Both the position numbers and the translations under genes were made by a program. A stretch of DNA of 32,000 nucleotides from Desulfobulbus propionicus DSM 2032 (GTDB lineage: Bacteria > Desulfobacterota > Desulfobulbia > Desulfobulbales > Desulfobulbaceae). Each line of letters begins with the position of its first letter. Within the stretch, counting starts at the first letter, position 1. The notes under the pieces are model-generated. The model did not search any database and was not told the origin of the DNA. It saw nothing but the letters and a program-made list of their open reading frames with translations. Positions 19,017-28,052 of this stretch are shown here, piece after piece. The stretch is from positions 2,280,001 through 2,312,000 of the forward strand of contig NC_014972.1 in NCBI RefSeq assembly GCF_000186885.1, given 5' to 3'.

Positions 19017-19994
19017 TTACCAACGCATGAGCAGCGAACCCCAGGTGAGGCCGCCGCCAAAGGTACATAACAACACAATGTCTCCCCGCCTCAGCCGTCC
19101 TTCACGGTGCGCTTCGTCCAGCGCGATCGGGATGCTGGCGGCCGAGGTATTGCCGTACTTGCTTAAATTGATGAACACCTTCTCCTCCGCGATGCCCAAT
19201 CGGTCACGCAAATTGGTCAGGATGCGGATATTGGCCTGATGGGGAATCATGAGGTTGACGTCGTCGATGGTGAGGTCATGCTTACGCAACAGACTGGTAA
19301 CGGCATCCTCCATCATCCGAACAGCATGTTTGAAGATGTCGCTGCCGCTCATACGGATATGAGGCCCGTGCCATATGTCCGGCCGCAGATCCGGATTAAG
19401 GCTTTCCGGGCTGTCCATGCACAACAGGTTCCACAATTTGCCATCTGAATGCAAACTGCTGCCAAAAACTCCTCGACCGTCATGCGAGCCAGAAAGGACC
19501 ACCGCTCCCGCTCCGTCCCCAAAAAGAACACAGGTGTTGCGATCTTCCCAGTCCACCCGAGCGGACAGTGTTTCCGCACCGATCAGCAGGATTTTCATTT
19601 CCGGCCGATTCTGAATGTAATTGCTCGCCAGATCCAGACCATAGGTAAAACCGGCACAGGCGGCGTTGATGTCGTAGGCAAAGGCATTCACCGCCCCCAA
19701 TTCCGCCTGCACGAAACAGGCAGTGGACGGCATGATCATGTGCGGCGAAACGGTCGCGACAATAATCAGATCGAGCTCTTCGGCATCGATCCCGGTCACA
19801 GCGAGCGCCCGTCGTCCCGCCTTGGCGGCCAGCTGATAATTTTGTTCATTCTTTCCAGCAATATGCCGGTTTCGAATACCGGTCCTGGTCGTAATCCATT
19901 CATCGGAAGTATCCACCATCCGCTCAAGCTCGGCATTGGTGAGTTTCCGTTCGGGAAGACAGGAACCGGTTCCCAAGATAACTGCTCTATTCAT
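19017..19994 (-). CDS. fabH: 3-oxoacyl-ACP synthase III
   Basis: Catalytic-triad contexts NAACAGF, PHQANIRI and GNTSAASIP. I chose the start at MNRAVILGTG (ATG 19994). Confidence 0.92.
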   Translation of the reverse strand: MNRAVILGTGSCLPERKLTNAELERMVDTSDEWITTRTGIRNRHIAGKNEQNYQLAAKAGRRALAVTGIDAEELDLIIVATVSPHMIMPSTACFVQAELGAVNAFAYDINAACAGFTYGLDLASNYIQNRPEMKILLIGAETLSARVDWEDRNTCVLFGDGAGAVVLSGSHDGRGVFGSSLHSDGKLWNLLCMDSPESLNPDLRPDIWHGPHIRMSGSDIFKHAVRMMEDAVTSLLRKHDLTIDDVNLMIPHQANIRILTNLRDRLGIAEEKVFINLSKYGNTSAASIPIALDEAHREGRLRRGDIVLLCTFGGGLTWGSLLMRW

Positions 19995-20007
19995 GAAAAA
20001 CCTGCTT

Positions 20008-21021
20008 TCAGGCGGCGAATTCGCCAAGGGCTTCAACGATCGCGTCGTTGATGCGATTGTGGACCATGCTGGCGGCGACTTCAATCGCATTGCGGATGGC
20101 CACGGCATTGGAGGCGCCGTGACAGATGATGCCGGTGCCGTCTATACCGAGCAGTGGCGCGCCGCCATATTCCGCGTAGTCCACCTGTTTTTTAAATCCA
20201 GCGAAAGCCTCGCGGATAAGGAGATACCCAAGTTTGGCACGCCAAGTTTTCATGATTTCCCGCTTCAGCATCTGCATGGCCGCCTCGGCCAGGCCCTCGC
20301 TGATCTTCAGCGAAATATTGCCGACGAACCCATCACATACCACCACATCGACATCGCCGCGATACACGTCGCGTCCCTCGACATTGCCGATGAAGTGCAA
20401 GGGGCTTTTTTTGAGCAATTCATGAGTTTCCTTGACCAGCGCATTCCCTTTTCCGGTTTCCTCGCCATTACTGAGCAACCCGACCCGTGGCCGTTCATGC
20501 TTGAGCAGCAACCGAGAGCAGGATGAGGCCATGACAGCAAATTGATACAAATGCTGCGGTCGACAGTCAACATTCGCACCGATGTCCATCAGCATCACCG
20601 GTTTTTTCAATGTCGGGAAGAAACTGGCAATGCCCGGCCTGGATACACCGGGAAGCCGCCCCAGCTTTCGTACGGCCGCCGCCATGGTCGCGCCGGAATT
20701 GCCGGCGGAAACAAGCGCGTCCGCCTCGCCGTTCTTTACCAGATCGAAACCGACCATAATGGTCGCCTCTTTCTTCTTGCGCACGGCATCAACCGGGGAA
20801 TCATCCATGGTGATCACCTCGGCGGCGTGATGGACACTGATTCGATCCAGTGCATCGCCTTGGCCGCGGGCATGTTCAGCGAGTTGTTGTTCCAAAAGAT
20901 GTTGGGGGCCAACCAAGACGACGCGGAGATCTTTCCTGCCGCCAACGGCGGCGAGTGCCCCTTGAATCGCCATCTCTGACCCCCGGTCGCCACCCATGGC
21001 GTCAAGGGCTATTCTCACCAC
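20008..21021 (-). CDS. plsX: phosphate acyltransferase PlsX
   Basis: MVRIALDAMGGD, SAGNSGA, VVCDGFVGN. Confidence 0.93.
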   Translation of the reverse strand: MVRIALDAMGGDRGSEMAIQGALAAVGGRKDLRVVLVGPQHLLEQQLAEHARGQGDALDRISVHHAAEVITMDDSPVDAVRKKKEATIMVGFDLVKNGEADALVSAGNSGATMAAAVRKLGRLPGVSRPGIASFFPTLKKPVMLMDIGANVDCRPQHLYQFAVMASSCSRLLLKHERPRVGLLSNGEETGKGNALVKETHELLKKSPLHFIGNVEGRDVYRGDVDVVVCDGFVGNISLKISEGLAEAAMQMLKREIMKTWRAKLGYLLIREAFAGFKKQVDYAEYGGAPLLGIDGTGIICHGASNAVAIRNAIEVAASMVHNRINDAIVEALGEFAA

Positions 21022-21029
21022 AGTGCCTA

Positions 21030-21218
21030 TTAGCTTATCTCTTCCTCAAGACGGATCACACTCCGCCCCTTGTACATGCCACAACCGCCGCATAACTGAT
21101 GACGCATCTTCGCTTCGCCACACTCGGGGCATTGCCCGACGCTGGGTTTAGTCAACGCATCGTGCGCCCGGCGCATTCTTGTTCGCGAATGGGAATGTCT
21201 ACGTTTCGGTAAAGCCAT
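21030..21218 (-). CDS. rpmF: 50S ribosomal protein L32
   Basis: MALPKRRHSHSRTRMRRAH plus the zinc ribbon CPECGE...CGGCG. ATG 21218 is preceded by GGAGGA. Confidence 0.93.
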   Translation of the reverse strand: MALPKRRHSHSRTRMRRAHDALTKPSVGQCPECGEAKMRHQLCGGCGMYKGRSVIRLEEEIS

Positions 21219-21299
21219 AATGTCCTCCATTGCGTCCACAAACATTGAACGGTGCCGAATCGCCCATTCTGTCGTCTTTGGACAACTTATTGATAAAAT

Positions 21300-21815
21300 T
21301 TATTTTTTCAACCGAGCAAGTCCCGCAAAAGGAGACCGATTATCCTCGGCGGCACAGCTGCAGTGCATCCCATTCAGGTTAGCGCCGCAACGCGGGCAAA
21401 GCCCCTTACAGGTTTCGGCGCAGAGATTTTTCATCGGGAGCGCCAGATATATCTGCTGTCGAAACACATCGTCAAGGTCAATGACAGGTTCTTCAAGCAC
21501 CTCGATGTCTAAATCTGTTGTTGTACATTCGACTTCCTTCAAACGCCACGAGGCTTCGCTCTCTACCTCGAACAGCAACTGGAAATCGGTATCCACCTGC
21601 ACATCGTAATCTCCAAGGCAGCGATCGCATACCAATGTCACCACGGCTTGAAGATACCCCTGCATGCCAACCTTTGCTTCGCCTTCGCGACGCAGTTCGC
21701 AATGGGCCTGCAGAGGTCCCTTGATGGCAAAATCCCGCTGCGCGACAAGACTTTCTATGACTGTCAACTCGAAACGACTGCCATACGGGGAGATTTCATT
21801 GAACCGGACCTGCAC
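21300..21815 (-). CDS. yceD: YceD/DUF177 family protein (large-subunit rRNA accumulation protein)
   Basis: Position upstream of rpmF. CDRCL...CxxxCKGLCPRCGANLN cysteine motifs typical of DUF177. Confidence 0.85.
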   Translation of the reverse strand: MQVRFNEISPYGSRFELTVIESLVAQRDFAIKGPLQAHCELRREGEAKVGMQGYLQAVVTLVCDRCLGDYDVQVDTDFQLLFEVESEASWRLKEVECTTTDLDIEVLEEPVIDLDDVFRQQIYLALPMKNLCAETCKGLCPRCGANLNGMHCSCAAEDNRSPFAGLARLKK

Positions 21816-21966
21816 CCTGCACCACCTTCAACCGCGCGAAAAAGTTGGTTTTCCGTCGAAACGGAAAAGTATACCTAAAAAAAAAATCTTCGCCAAGCAA
21901 AAAGAGAAGAATTTGAAAAAGAGAGGAGAATCAAGATGAAAGAAGCATTGATTCCTGCGGATGGAA

Positions 21967-22635
21967 TCAGGATTGCTTCTGCTGCTGTTCCAATTGGCTG
22001 ATTTTATTTTCTATCTGTTTAACCAAACCCGGATATCCGTCCTTGAGCAGGATCTCCTTGAACTGCTCCATGTAGTTGCGCACGAGGCTCACCCCTTCGA
22101 CAACCACATCGTAAGCCATCCATTGCGTCCCGCGAAGAATAAGAATATACGAGATGGGAATGGATTTATTCGCATCCACCAGCAACGTCTGCACCTCGGC
22201 GCGATCCCCCTTGATCCGCTGTTGAGTGAACTCGACCTGTTGCCCGGTATACTCGTCGATTTTTCCCACGTAGGCATACTGCAAAAGCTCGGTGAACAAC
22301 TGTTCAAATTGTGCCTGCTCCTGTGTATTGAGCGAACGCCAATGCTGCCCGAGAACCCGCTTGCTCATTTCGCGAAAATCAAAGCGTTCACGTACGACAT
22401 TGATCACTCTTTGACTCTGCTCTTTTTTCGGAACCGTTTTCAGGGTGGGGTCGGCGAGTACATCGGTGACTTTCTGCAGGAAGGGACGAAATTGCTCTGT
22501 AGGATCGGGAGAGCTCGCGGCCGCCGCTTGTCCGAGGAAGGAGCCGAAAATGATTACGACAAGAACAAGCAGGCCGCTGAAAAAAAATTGGGTACCCTGC
22601 CGACGGCATCGTCGATCCAATATCATGAACCACAT
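21967..22635 (-). CDS. mlaC: phospholipid-binding periplasmic protein MlaC (Ttg2D family)
   Basis: Signal peptide. FDFREMSKRVLGQHW, WMAYDVVVEGVSLVRNYMEQF. Confidence 0.85.
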   Translation of the reverse strand: MWFMILDRRCRRQGTQFFFSGLLVLVVIIFGSFLGQAAAASSPDPTEQFRPFLQKVTDVLADPTLKTVPKKEQSQRVINVVRERFDFREMSKRVLGQHWRSLNTQEQAQFEQLFTELLQYAYVGKIDEYTGQQVEFTQQRIKGDRAEVQTLLVDANKSIPISYILILRGTQWMAYDVVVEGVSLVRNYMEQFKEILLKDGYPGLVKQIENKISQLEQQQKQS

Positions 22636-22650
22636 AGCGATAAACTGTTT

Positions 22651-23418
22651 TTATTTTGTCTGAGAATGATTGCGCGTTTTACTTCGCATCTGGAAGTAGC
22701 CGTTGCGAAAAGCTATATAGGGATCAAAGCTCAAGGATTTCAACTGGTCATATTCCCCAAGATGCAGCGAGGTGCGATTCACCGTATTAACGCCGGTAAG
22801 CGTGTACGGGCTCAATTCGTCATCGCTCCACGGATAATAGGAAGCCATGGCCAAGCTGTCAACCACGGTTCCGGTCAAATCGCGCACCGTGGACGGTCCC
22901 AGCAAGGGTGCGACCACATAGAAACCGTCGCCGATGCCCCAGGTGGCGAGCGTTTCCCCGAGCGTGGCGCTGATGGGCGGAATGGCAAATTCATGGGCCG
23001 CGGTATCCGCCAAGCCAAAGACACCGCAGATGGTGTTGAGCGCGAACCGGGATAAGACCAGACCGGAATCGCGAAACCGTCCTTGCAGCAGGCAGTTGAC
23101 GGAGCGCACCGGTTCACCGAGGTTGTAAAAAAAATTGCCGATGCATCCCCGAATATCGGCAGGCAGTACCTTGCTGTATCCTGTGGCCACAGGGTCCAAC
23201 ACCCATATGTAGAACTTGTCGTTCAACGTGAAGATCGCCCTATTCACCGGCTCGATCGGATCGGCAACTTGGGCAGTTTCTCCATTTGCATAGGCGTCAT
23301 CGCTGAGGAAGTCATTGGCGGCCGCATTGCCGCCCCCAATGAGGAAAGACACGCACAGCATAAGACAGCAGCGCAACAGCAACGCGAAGATAGGTTTTGG
23401 TTGCATAACGGGACTCAC
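22651..23418 (-). CDS. mlaA: outer-membrane lipoprotein MlaA/VacJ
   Basis: VacJ blocks: DPIEPVNRAIFTLND, FFYNLGEPV, GLVLSRFALNT, GETLATWG. Start is ambiguous: GTG at 23418 or ATG at 23406. Confidence 0.85.
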   Translation of the reverse strand: MSPVMQPKPIFALLLRCCLMLCVSFLIGGGNAAANDFLSDDAYANGETAQVADPIEPVNRAIFTLNDKFYIWVLDPVATGYSKVLPADIRGCIGNFFYNLGEPVRSVNCLLQGRFRDSGLVLSRFALNTICGVFGLADTAAHEFAIPPISATLGETLATWGIGDGFYVVAPLLGPSTVRDLTGTVVDSLAMASYYPWSDDELSPYTLTGVNTVNRTSLHLGEYDQLKSLSFDPYIAFRNGYFQMRSKTRNHSQTK

Positions 23419-23419
23419 G

Positions 23420-23872
23420 TTATTTTTTCACCTCGCCAAAGGCAAATTTGGAAATGAGCGATTCCAAATCAACCGCCGATTCCGTGTCAACAATGGCTTC
23501 TCCGGGTTTGTAGGCGGTTTCATCGCCTCCCAGGGTAATCTGAATGTATTTATCCCCAATGATACCTTGCGATTTAACGGAGGCGATCGAGTCGACAGGG
23601 ACGACCACCTCGCGGTCGATCTGCATGGTCACAACGGCCTGACGATCTTCATTGAGATGCAATTGGCGCACCTTGCCCACCGTGACACCAGCAATCTGCA
23701 CATCTGCTCCCGGCTTGACCCCGGAAATGTTATTAAACTCGGCATGCAGGAGGTAGGTCTTGGCACCGGTCAACCAGGGGACCTCGCCAAGCTGCAACGC
23801 CAACCACCCCAGGGCCAGAAAACCGACCACCAGAAAAAAACCAACAAATAATTCCACACGCGCATTGGTCAT
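23420..23872 (-). CDS. mlaD: MCE-domain protein MlaD
   Basis: One N-terminal TM helix followed by an MCE domain (FNNISGVKPGADVQIAGVTVGKV). Confidence 0.85.
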   Translation of the reverse strand: MTNARVELFVGFFLVVGFLALGWLALQLGEVPWLTGAKTYLLHAEFNNISGVKPGADVQIAGVTVGKVRQLHLNEDRQAVVTMQIDREVVVPVDSIASVKSQGIIGDKYIQITLGGDETAYKPGEAIVDTESAVDLESLISKFAFGEVKK

Positions 23873-23891
23873 AGCCTTTTCCTTTCCTCAA

Positions 23892-24677
23892 TTATGCCGC
23901 CTGCTGTCCCATGACCGAGCGGGCAAACTCACGGATCTTTGGTTTGGTTGAAAGCGGGATCTGGGCGGGATCTGAAAAAATATCCAGCTCGCCTTTGTTC
24001 AGGAGGATGATCTGGTCGGCAAGGGTAAAAATCTGCGGGATATCATGGCTGACGATAACCGCCGTATATCCAAGACGTTGCTGGGTGCGAACAAACAGTT
24101 CGTAGATTTCCCTGGTCATAACCGGATCAAGACCGGTGGTCGGCTCGTCGAACAAGACGATTTCCGGCTCAAGCTGCAGGGCTCGGGCCAGGCCCACGCG
24201 TTTTTTCATCCCGCCGCTGAGCTGGGCAGGAAATTTTTCCTCATGCCCTGTCAATTCAAGCTGTTCAAGCGTCGCCGCGATACGGCTTCTTATCTCCTGA
24301 TCGCTCAACCGGGTACGCTCCCGCAACGGCAATGCGATGTTTTCAAAGACGGTCAGCGAATCGAACAAGGCTGCCCCTTGAAAAAGCACACCGAACCGCA
24401 TTCGCTGTTCCTGAAGGGCTTTGTAGCCCATGGTGGTGATATCTTTTTCGCCGATCAAGACCTGACCAGAATCAGGACGCAGCAGGCCGAGAATTAGCTT
24501 GAGAATCACGCTTTTCCCCTGACCGCTGCCCCCGGCAATGACCGTGGTCTTGCCCTTGGGCACGGAAAAGCTGACCCGGTCAAGCACCAGATGGCGCCTG
24601 GACCGCTCGCCAAAGGATTTACAGACATCGACAAATTGGATGGCTGTTTCATTGGCCGGGGCGATTGCTGTACTCAT
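23892..24677 (-). CDS. mlaF: ABC transporter ATP-binding protein MlaF
   Basis: Walker A GGSGQGKS, signature LSGGMKKR, Walker B IVLFDEPT. It overlaps mlaE by 4 nt. Confidence 0.9.
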   Translation of the reverse strand: MSTAIAPANETAIQFVDVCKSFGERSRRHLVLDRVSFSVPKGKTTVIAGGSGQGKSVILKLILGLLRPDSGQVLIGEKDITTMGYKALQEQRMRFGVLFQGAALFDSLTVFENIALPLRERTRLSDQEIRSRIAATLEQLELTGHEEKFPAQLSGGMKKRVGLARALQLEPEIVLFDEPTTGLDPVMTREIYELFVRTQQRLGYTAVIVSHDIPQIFTLADQIILLNKGELDIFSDPAQIPLSTKPKIREFARSVMGQQAA

Positions 24678-25492
24678 AGCAACACCGCGGTGAGCAGATA
24701 GTCAAAGATCAAGACCGAAATCGACGACATGACCACTGCTTGAGTGGTGACTTTGCTGACGCTCTCCGCACCAAAACCGGCCCCGCGAATTGTCTGGACA
24801 AAATAACCGCGACCGGTGCAGATCCATGCCACCAGCAAGGCGAAGACAAAGGATTTAATTACCCCCAGGCGCACATCGTGGTTGGTGACGCTTTGCTCCA
24901 TGCCGGAAAAAAAGGCGCCACTGTTCACGCCCATAAGCTTCACCCCGGCCAAATATCCACCGGTGATGCCGATCACATCGAAAAACGCGGTCAACAGGGG
25001 AACCGAGATCAAGGTTGCAAGAAGTTTGGGGGATATGAAATAACGAAAAGGGTCGATGGCCATGCATTCCAAGGCATCGATCTGTTCGGAAATCCGCATG
25101 ATACCGATTTCTGCGCACATCGCCGATCCGGCTCGCCCAGCCACCATCAGGGCGGTAAGCACCGGCCCGAGCTCCATGATCAGGCTGAGGGAGACCGCGG
25201 AACCCAGCATCCCTTCGGCACCAAATTTATGCAGGGAGTAGTACCCTTGCAGCCCCAGAACCATGCCGGTGGAAAGCGCGGTGAAAAAAATCACCGTCAA
25301 CGACCCTGCGCCGATAAATCCGACCTGCTTGATCAATTCACGGAAACGAAAGGGACGTTTGAGAAGGCCCAGCAGGGAAAAAAATAAAAAAATCCCCATC
25401 CTGCCGAGATCGGTCAGGGTGTAGATCGCTTGATCGCCCATTCTGCCGATCAGGCGCAGTAAGGGAAGGGAACTTTTTTCTGTTTCAGTCAT
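24674..25492 (-). CDS. mlaE: ABC transporter permease MlaE
   Basis: Multi-TM protein with MlaE-type blocks: GAGSLTVIF, ELGPVLTALMVAGRAGSAM, EIGIMRISEQIDALE. No obvious SD at 25492, so the start is uncertain. Confidence 0.85.
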   Translation of the reverse strand: MTETEKSSLPLLRLIGRMGDQAIYTLTDLGRMGIFLFFSLLGLLKRPFRFRELIKQVGFIGAGSLTVIFFTALSTGMVLGLQGYYSLHKFGAEGMLGSAVSLSLIMELGPVLTALMVAGRAGSAMCAEIGIMRISEQIDALECMAIDPFRYFISPKLLATLISVPLLTAFFDVIGITGGYLAGVKLMGVNSGAFFSGMEQSVTNHDVRLGVIKSFVFALLVAWICTGRGYFVQTIRGAGFGAESVSKVTTQAVVMSSISVLIFDYLLTAVLL

Positions 25493-25549
25493 GGGAGGTA
25501 CGTCGAATTGTTGCCCCGGTCGCTAAAAATACACGCCGGTGCGCCGATC

Positions 25550-25590
25550 AAAATAAAAGAAGCTCCAGCCAAGGCTCAGGCCAGAACTTC
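25550..25590 (-). terminator. intrinsic terminator 15 nt downstream of the PilZ gene
   Basis: Minus-strand RNA forms GAAGUUCUGGCC-ugagccuu-GGCUGGAGCUUC, a 12-bp stem including 3 G-U pairs, followed by UUUUAUUUU. The G-U pairs would be C-A mismatches on the plus strand, so the hairpin is strand-specific. Confidence 0.65.
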
Positions 25591-25605
25591 TTGCGCATGC
25601 CTCTC

Positions 25606-26013
25606 TCAGCAAATGGACACGGGCGCGGGAGCAAACTCTTCAAGAAAATGTTCGGCTGTCTGAATGGGGTCATCCGAAGAATAGAGAATCATGGTTTGCA
25701 GAAACATGAAGCAGTTCTCTGCCATGCCGGTAAACTTGATGCCGACTCCCCCCGCTTCCTTTCGCAGAATTTTTCCCCGGATCGTATAAATGAAGCTGAT
25801 TCGATTTCCGGTTTCATGCAGCTCCAAGCGGCACTCCTCGCCAACAGGAACATTCACCGCACCCTCGAGAAACACCCCCCCCAGACTAAGGTTGCGCGCT
25901 GCAAACTGACCATGCACCTTATCCTGGATTCGGACCTTCACCGTGCGGGTAAAAGGGACCCGAAAATGGGTGCGTTTATCTGGGGTGAAGACAAGCGGCC
26001 CTGCGGTCATCAT
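25606..26013 (-). CDS. single-domain PilZ protein (predicted c-di-GMP receptor)
   Basis: RxxxR motif (KRTHFRVP) and D/NxSxxG motif (NLSLGG) with the expected spacing. 135 aa. Confidence 0.8.
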   Translation of the reverse strand: MMTAGPLVFTPDKRTHFRVPFTRTVKVRIQDKVHGQFAARNLSLGGVFLEGAVNVPVGEECRLELHETGNRISFIYTIRGKILRKEAGGVGIKFTGMAENCFMFLQTMILYSSDDPIQTAEHFLEEFAPAPVSIC

Positions 26014-26143
26014 CTTCAGTTCCTTGAGAGGGAATTATTAGATGTCAGTTTGTTCTTACTATCGCATTCTCCACGCAATATGGCAAGCAGTTATTCGCTT
26101 TTGTAATTGCCACACCGGGGGCCACCGTTCCGAGCCATGGATG

Positions 26144-26180
26144 AAAAACGCCAGGAGGGCAAGCCCATCCTGGCGTTTTT
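26144..26180 (-). terminator. strong intrinsic terminator (symmetrical, potentially bidirectional) after the split TauE genes
   Basis: AAAAA-CGCCAGGA-gggcaagccca-TCCTGGCG-TTTTT. The stem is a perfect 8 bp and is flanked by an A5 run and a T5 run. Confidence 0.8.
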
Positions 26181-26244
26181 CACTGCATCGCTCCTGCGTG
26201 GTGAGATCAACCAGGGCTCAGAGCCGCTGATTGCACATCAACCA

Positions 26245-26634
26245 TCAATATACGCCCAACAGATTGAGGGCCAGCAGGATCAGGCCGACACAGGCGATCC
26301 GCTTGACCACCAGCGGACTGACCCGCTTGGCGATCTGCGGCGCGATATAGCCGCCGAGGATGGCTGCCGGAAACATGGCCAAAAAGAAGTACAGGTCGAA
26401 GTTGCCGAACTGATAGTGGCGCATGGTGCTGACCGTGGTATTGAAGAAAATGGCCAAGAGCGAGCTGCCCACCACCAGGTACATGGGCAGCCGCAGGGCG
26501 ACGGTCATCAGCGGCACCATGAAGGGGCCGCCGCCAAAGCCGAACATCGACGACATGATGGCAATCAGAAAACCGCCGATGCAGCCCACCACCATGTTCA
26601 CCTGAAATTCCTGTCCCCAAAATTCTATTTTCAT
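26245..26634 (-). CDS. TauE/SafE-family membrane protein, C-terminal half-transporter (129 aa, about 4 TM)
   Basis: Hydrophobic throughout. Repeat signature FGFGGGPFMVPLM. It lies 24 nt downstream of the N-half gene. Confidence 0.75.
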   Translation of the reverse strand: MKIEFWGQEFQVNMVVGCIGGFLIAIMSSMFGFGGGPFMVPLMTVALRLPMYLVVGSSLLAIFFNTTVSTMRHYQFGNFDLYFFLAMFPAAILGGYIAPQIAKRVSPLVVKRIACVGLILLALNLLGVY

Positions 26635-26658
26635 AACGGATTCCTCCTCGAATGATCC

Positions 26659-27894
26659 TTAATTGTTGCCTTTGGCCGCTTGCTCAGCCCGCTTCTTGAA
26701 CTCCTTGAGAATGGACTGTTCCTTCTTGTTTTTGGCCAGGTAGCCGGGGGTGGTCTGCCAGAGCATCAGCGCTGCCAGGATGATGAGGATCCAGCCGAAG
26801 GCAAACTTGAACTGATCCAGGGTGATCATTTCCGTCAATTTCGGGCCGATGAAGCCGCCCAGCAACATGGCGGTGCCGATACCACAACCAAGCTTCCAAT
26901 TGATGAATTTGATCTTCGAGTAGTTATAAATACCGCTGCCCTGGGAAAAGAGCACGGTCGGGGTGACAGTACCGGCGACGATGGTATGGGGCAGGGCCGG
27001 AAACAACGCCAGCAGCAAGGGGTTCATGATGAAACCACCGCCCGCGCCCATGAGCACGCCGAAAATGGCCACCGCCAGGGAGAGGAAGAAGGGGTAGAAA
27101 ATATTGAGACTGGTGCCGGCGTTCTCCAGGTAGACATTGGGGAAGGCAATCTTGTTGTCAAAGGTTGCCACCTCGCTCTTGAGCGATTTGTCGACCACGG
27201 CGACGACCTTGTACTTGCCCGGAGCCAACCCTTCGCGAATCTTGATGTCCGCAGTGTAGGAACCGTCGGGCTTGACATCGATGGCGGCGGCCACCACCTT
27301 GTCAACGCTCTGGAAGCGGGCCTTGACCAGCTGCATGGAGCGTTTTTTATTCTCCTTCTCGTCCATCGTCGGCAACAGATCACCACGACTGCCGACGACG
27401 CTGGCCATGAGCGTCGACTGATAGCGCTCGATCTTGGTCTTGGCCGGAACGGTATAGGCGACATCCGCCCCCAAACTCTTGAGCAGTTCGGAATAACTCC
27501 ATTTCTTTCCTTTTGTCTTGGCCTCGTCGATCTTTGGCTGCAGTTCCTTGGGGGCAAAGATCTTGTAATAGGCCGGCATTTCTTCGGTTATGTAGAAGAT
27601 ATACGGCCGTTTGCCGGTTTCCTTATCGACCTCGCTGTCAAACCGGTTGGCGCGCACGGCATGATCCGCTGCCCAAACCTCGAGAAATACCGGCTTGCCA
27701 GCCGGGGCCTGGCCGCTCACCTTGATGGTGCCGCCATTGTTGACTTCGTTCTTATCGATGGCAATGGTTGGCGCGGCAATCACCGCCTCCGGCTGTGCGG
27801 CGGCGGTCACCTCCTCGCCAATCGCCACATTTCCCCCACAAAGCACCAACAGTGCCGTAAATAGCCATGGTACGAGTTTTGTTCTTTTGTTCAT
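26659..27894 (-). CDS. fusion protein: signal peptide + uncharacterised periplasmic domain of about 250 aa + TauE/SafE N-terminal half (about 4 TM)
   Basis: MNKRTKLVPWLFTALLVLCGGNVAIG signal sequence, then a hydrophilic Lys-rich domain. The TM region carries LMGAGGGFIMNPLLL (the TauE repeat signature). SD GAGGAG lies upstream. Confidence 0.75.
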   Translation of the reverse strand: MNKRTKLVPWLFTALLVLCGGNVAIGEEVTAAAQPEAVIAAPTIAIDKNEVNNGGTIKVSGQAPAGKPVFLEVWAADHAVRANRFDSEVDKETGKRPYIFYITEEMPAYYKIFAPKELQPKIDEAKTKGKKWSYSELLKSLGADVAYTVPAKTKIERYQSTLMASVVGSRGDLLPTMDEKENKKRSMQLVKARFQSVDKVVAAAIDVKPDGSYTADIKIREGLAPGKYKVVAVVDKSLKSEVATFDNKIAFPNVYLENAGTSLNIFYPFFLSLAVAIFGVLMGAGGGFIMNPLLLALFPALPHTIVAGTVTPTVLFSQGSGIYNYSKIKFINWKLGCGIGTAMLLGGFIGPKLTEMITLDQFKFAFGWILIILAALMLWQTTPGYLAKNKKEQSILKEFKKRAEQAAKGNN

Positions 27895-28052
27895 GCGTCA
27901 TCTCCTCAGTTGTATTCATCTCGCACTGCCCGGGCGCGTGAAACAGCATCCGGCAGCACTGCATACCCACTGTTTTTCTTTTTGCCCTTACCCGGTGCTG
28001 GCCGTGTAGCCACGGTCGTTCACCCACCGGACAAGACCTCTTCCCCCTCAAC

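Noticed and set aside
21849-21868. Perfect 8-bp hairpin TTTTCCGT-cgaa-ACGGAAAA in the mlaC-yceD spacer as the mla terminator
   Set aside because: On the minus strand no U-tract follows it immediately. A run of ten T's (minus strand; plus-strand A-run about 21879-21888) lies before it and is preceded only by a weak 5-bp stem. A terminator call is not supportable without data.
25493-26013. Idea that the PilZ protein is part of the Mla operon (c-di-GMP control of lipid asymmetry)
   Set aside because: A strand-specific hairpin plus U-tract (25550-25590) lies between the PilZ stop and mlaE, so the genes are probably separate transcription units. Adjacency alone is not evidence.
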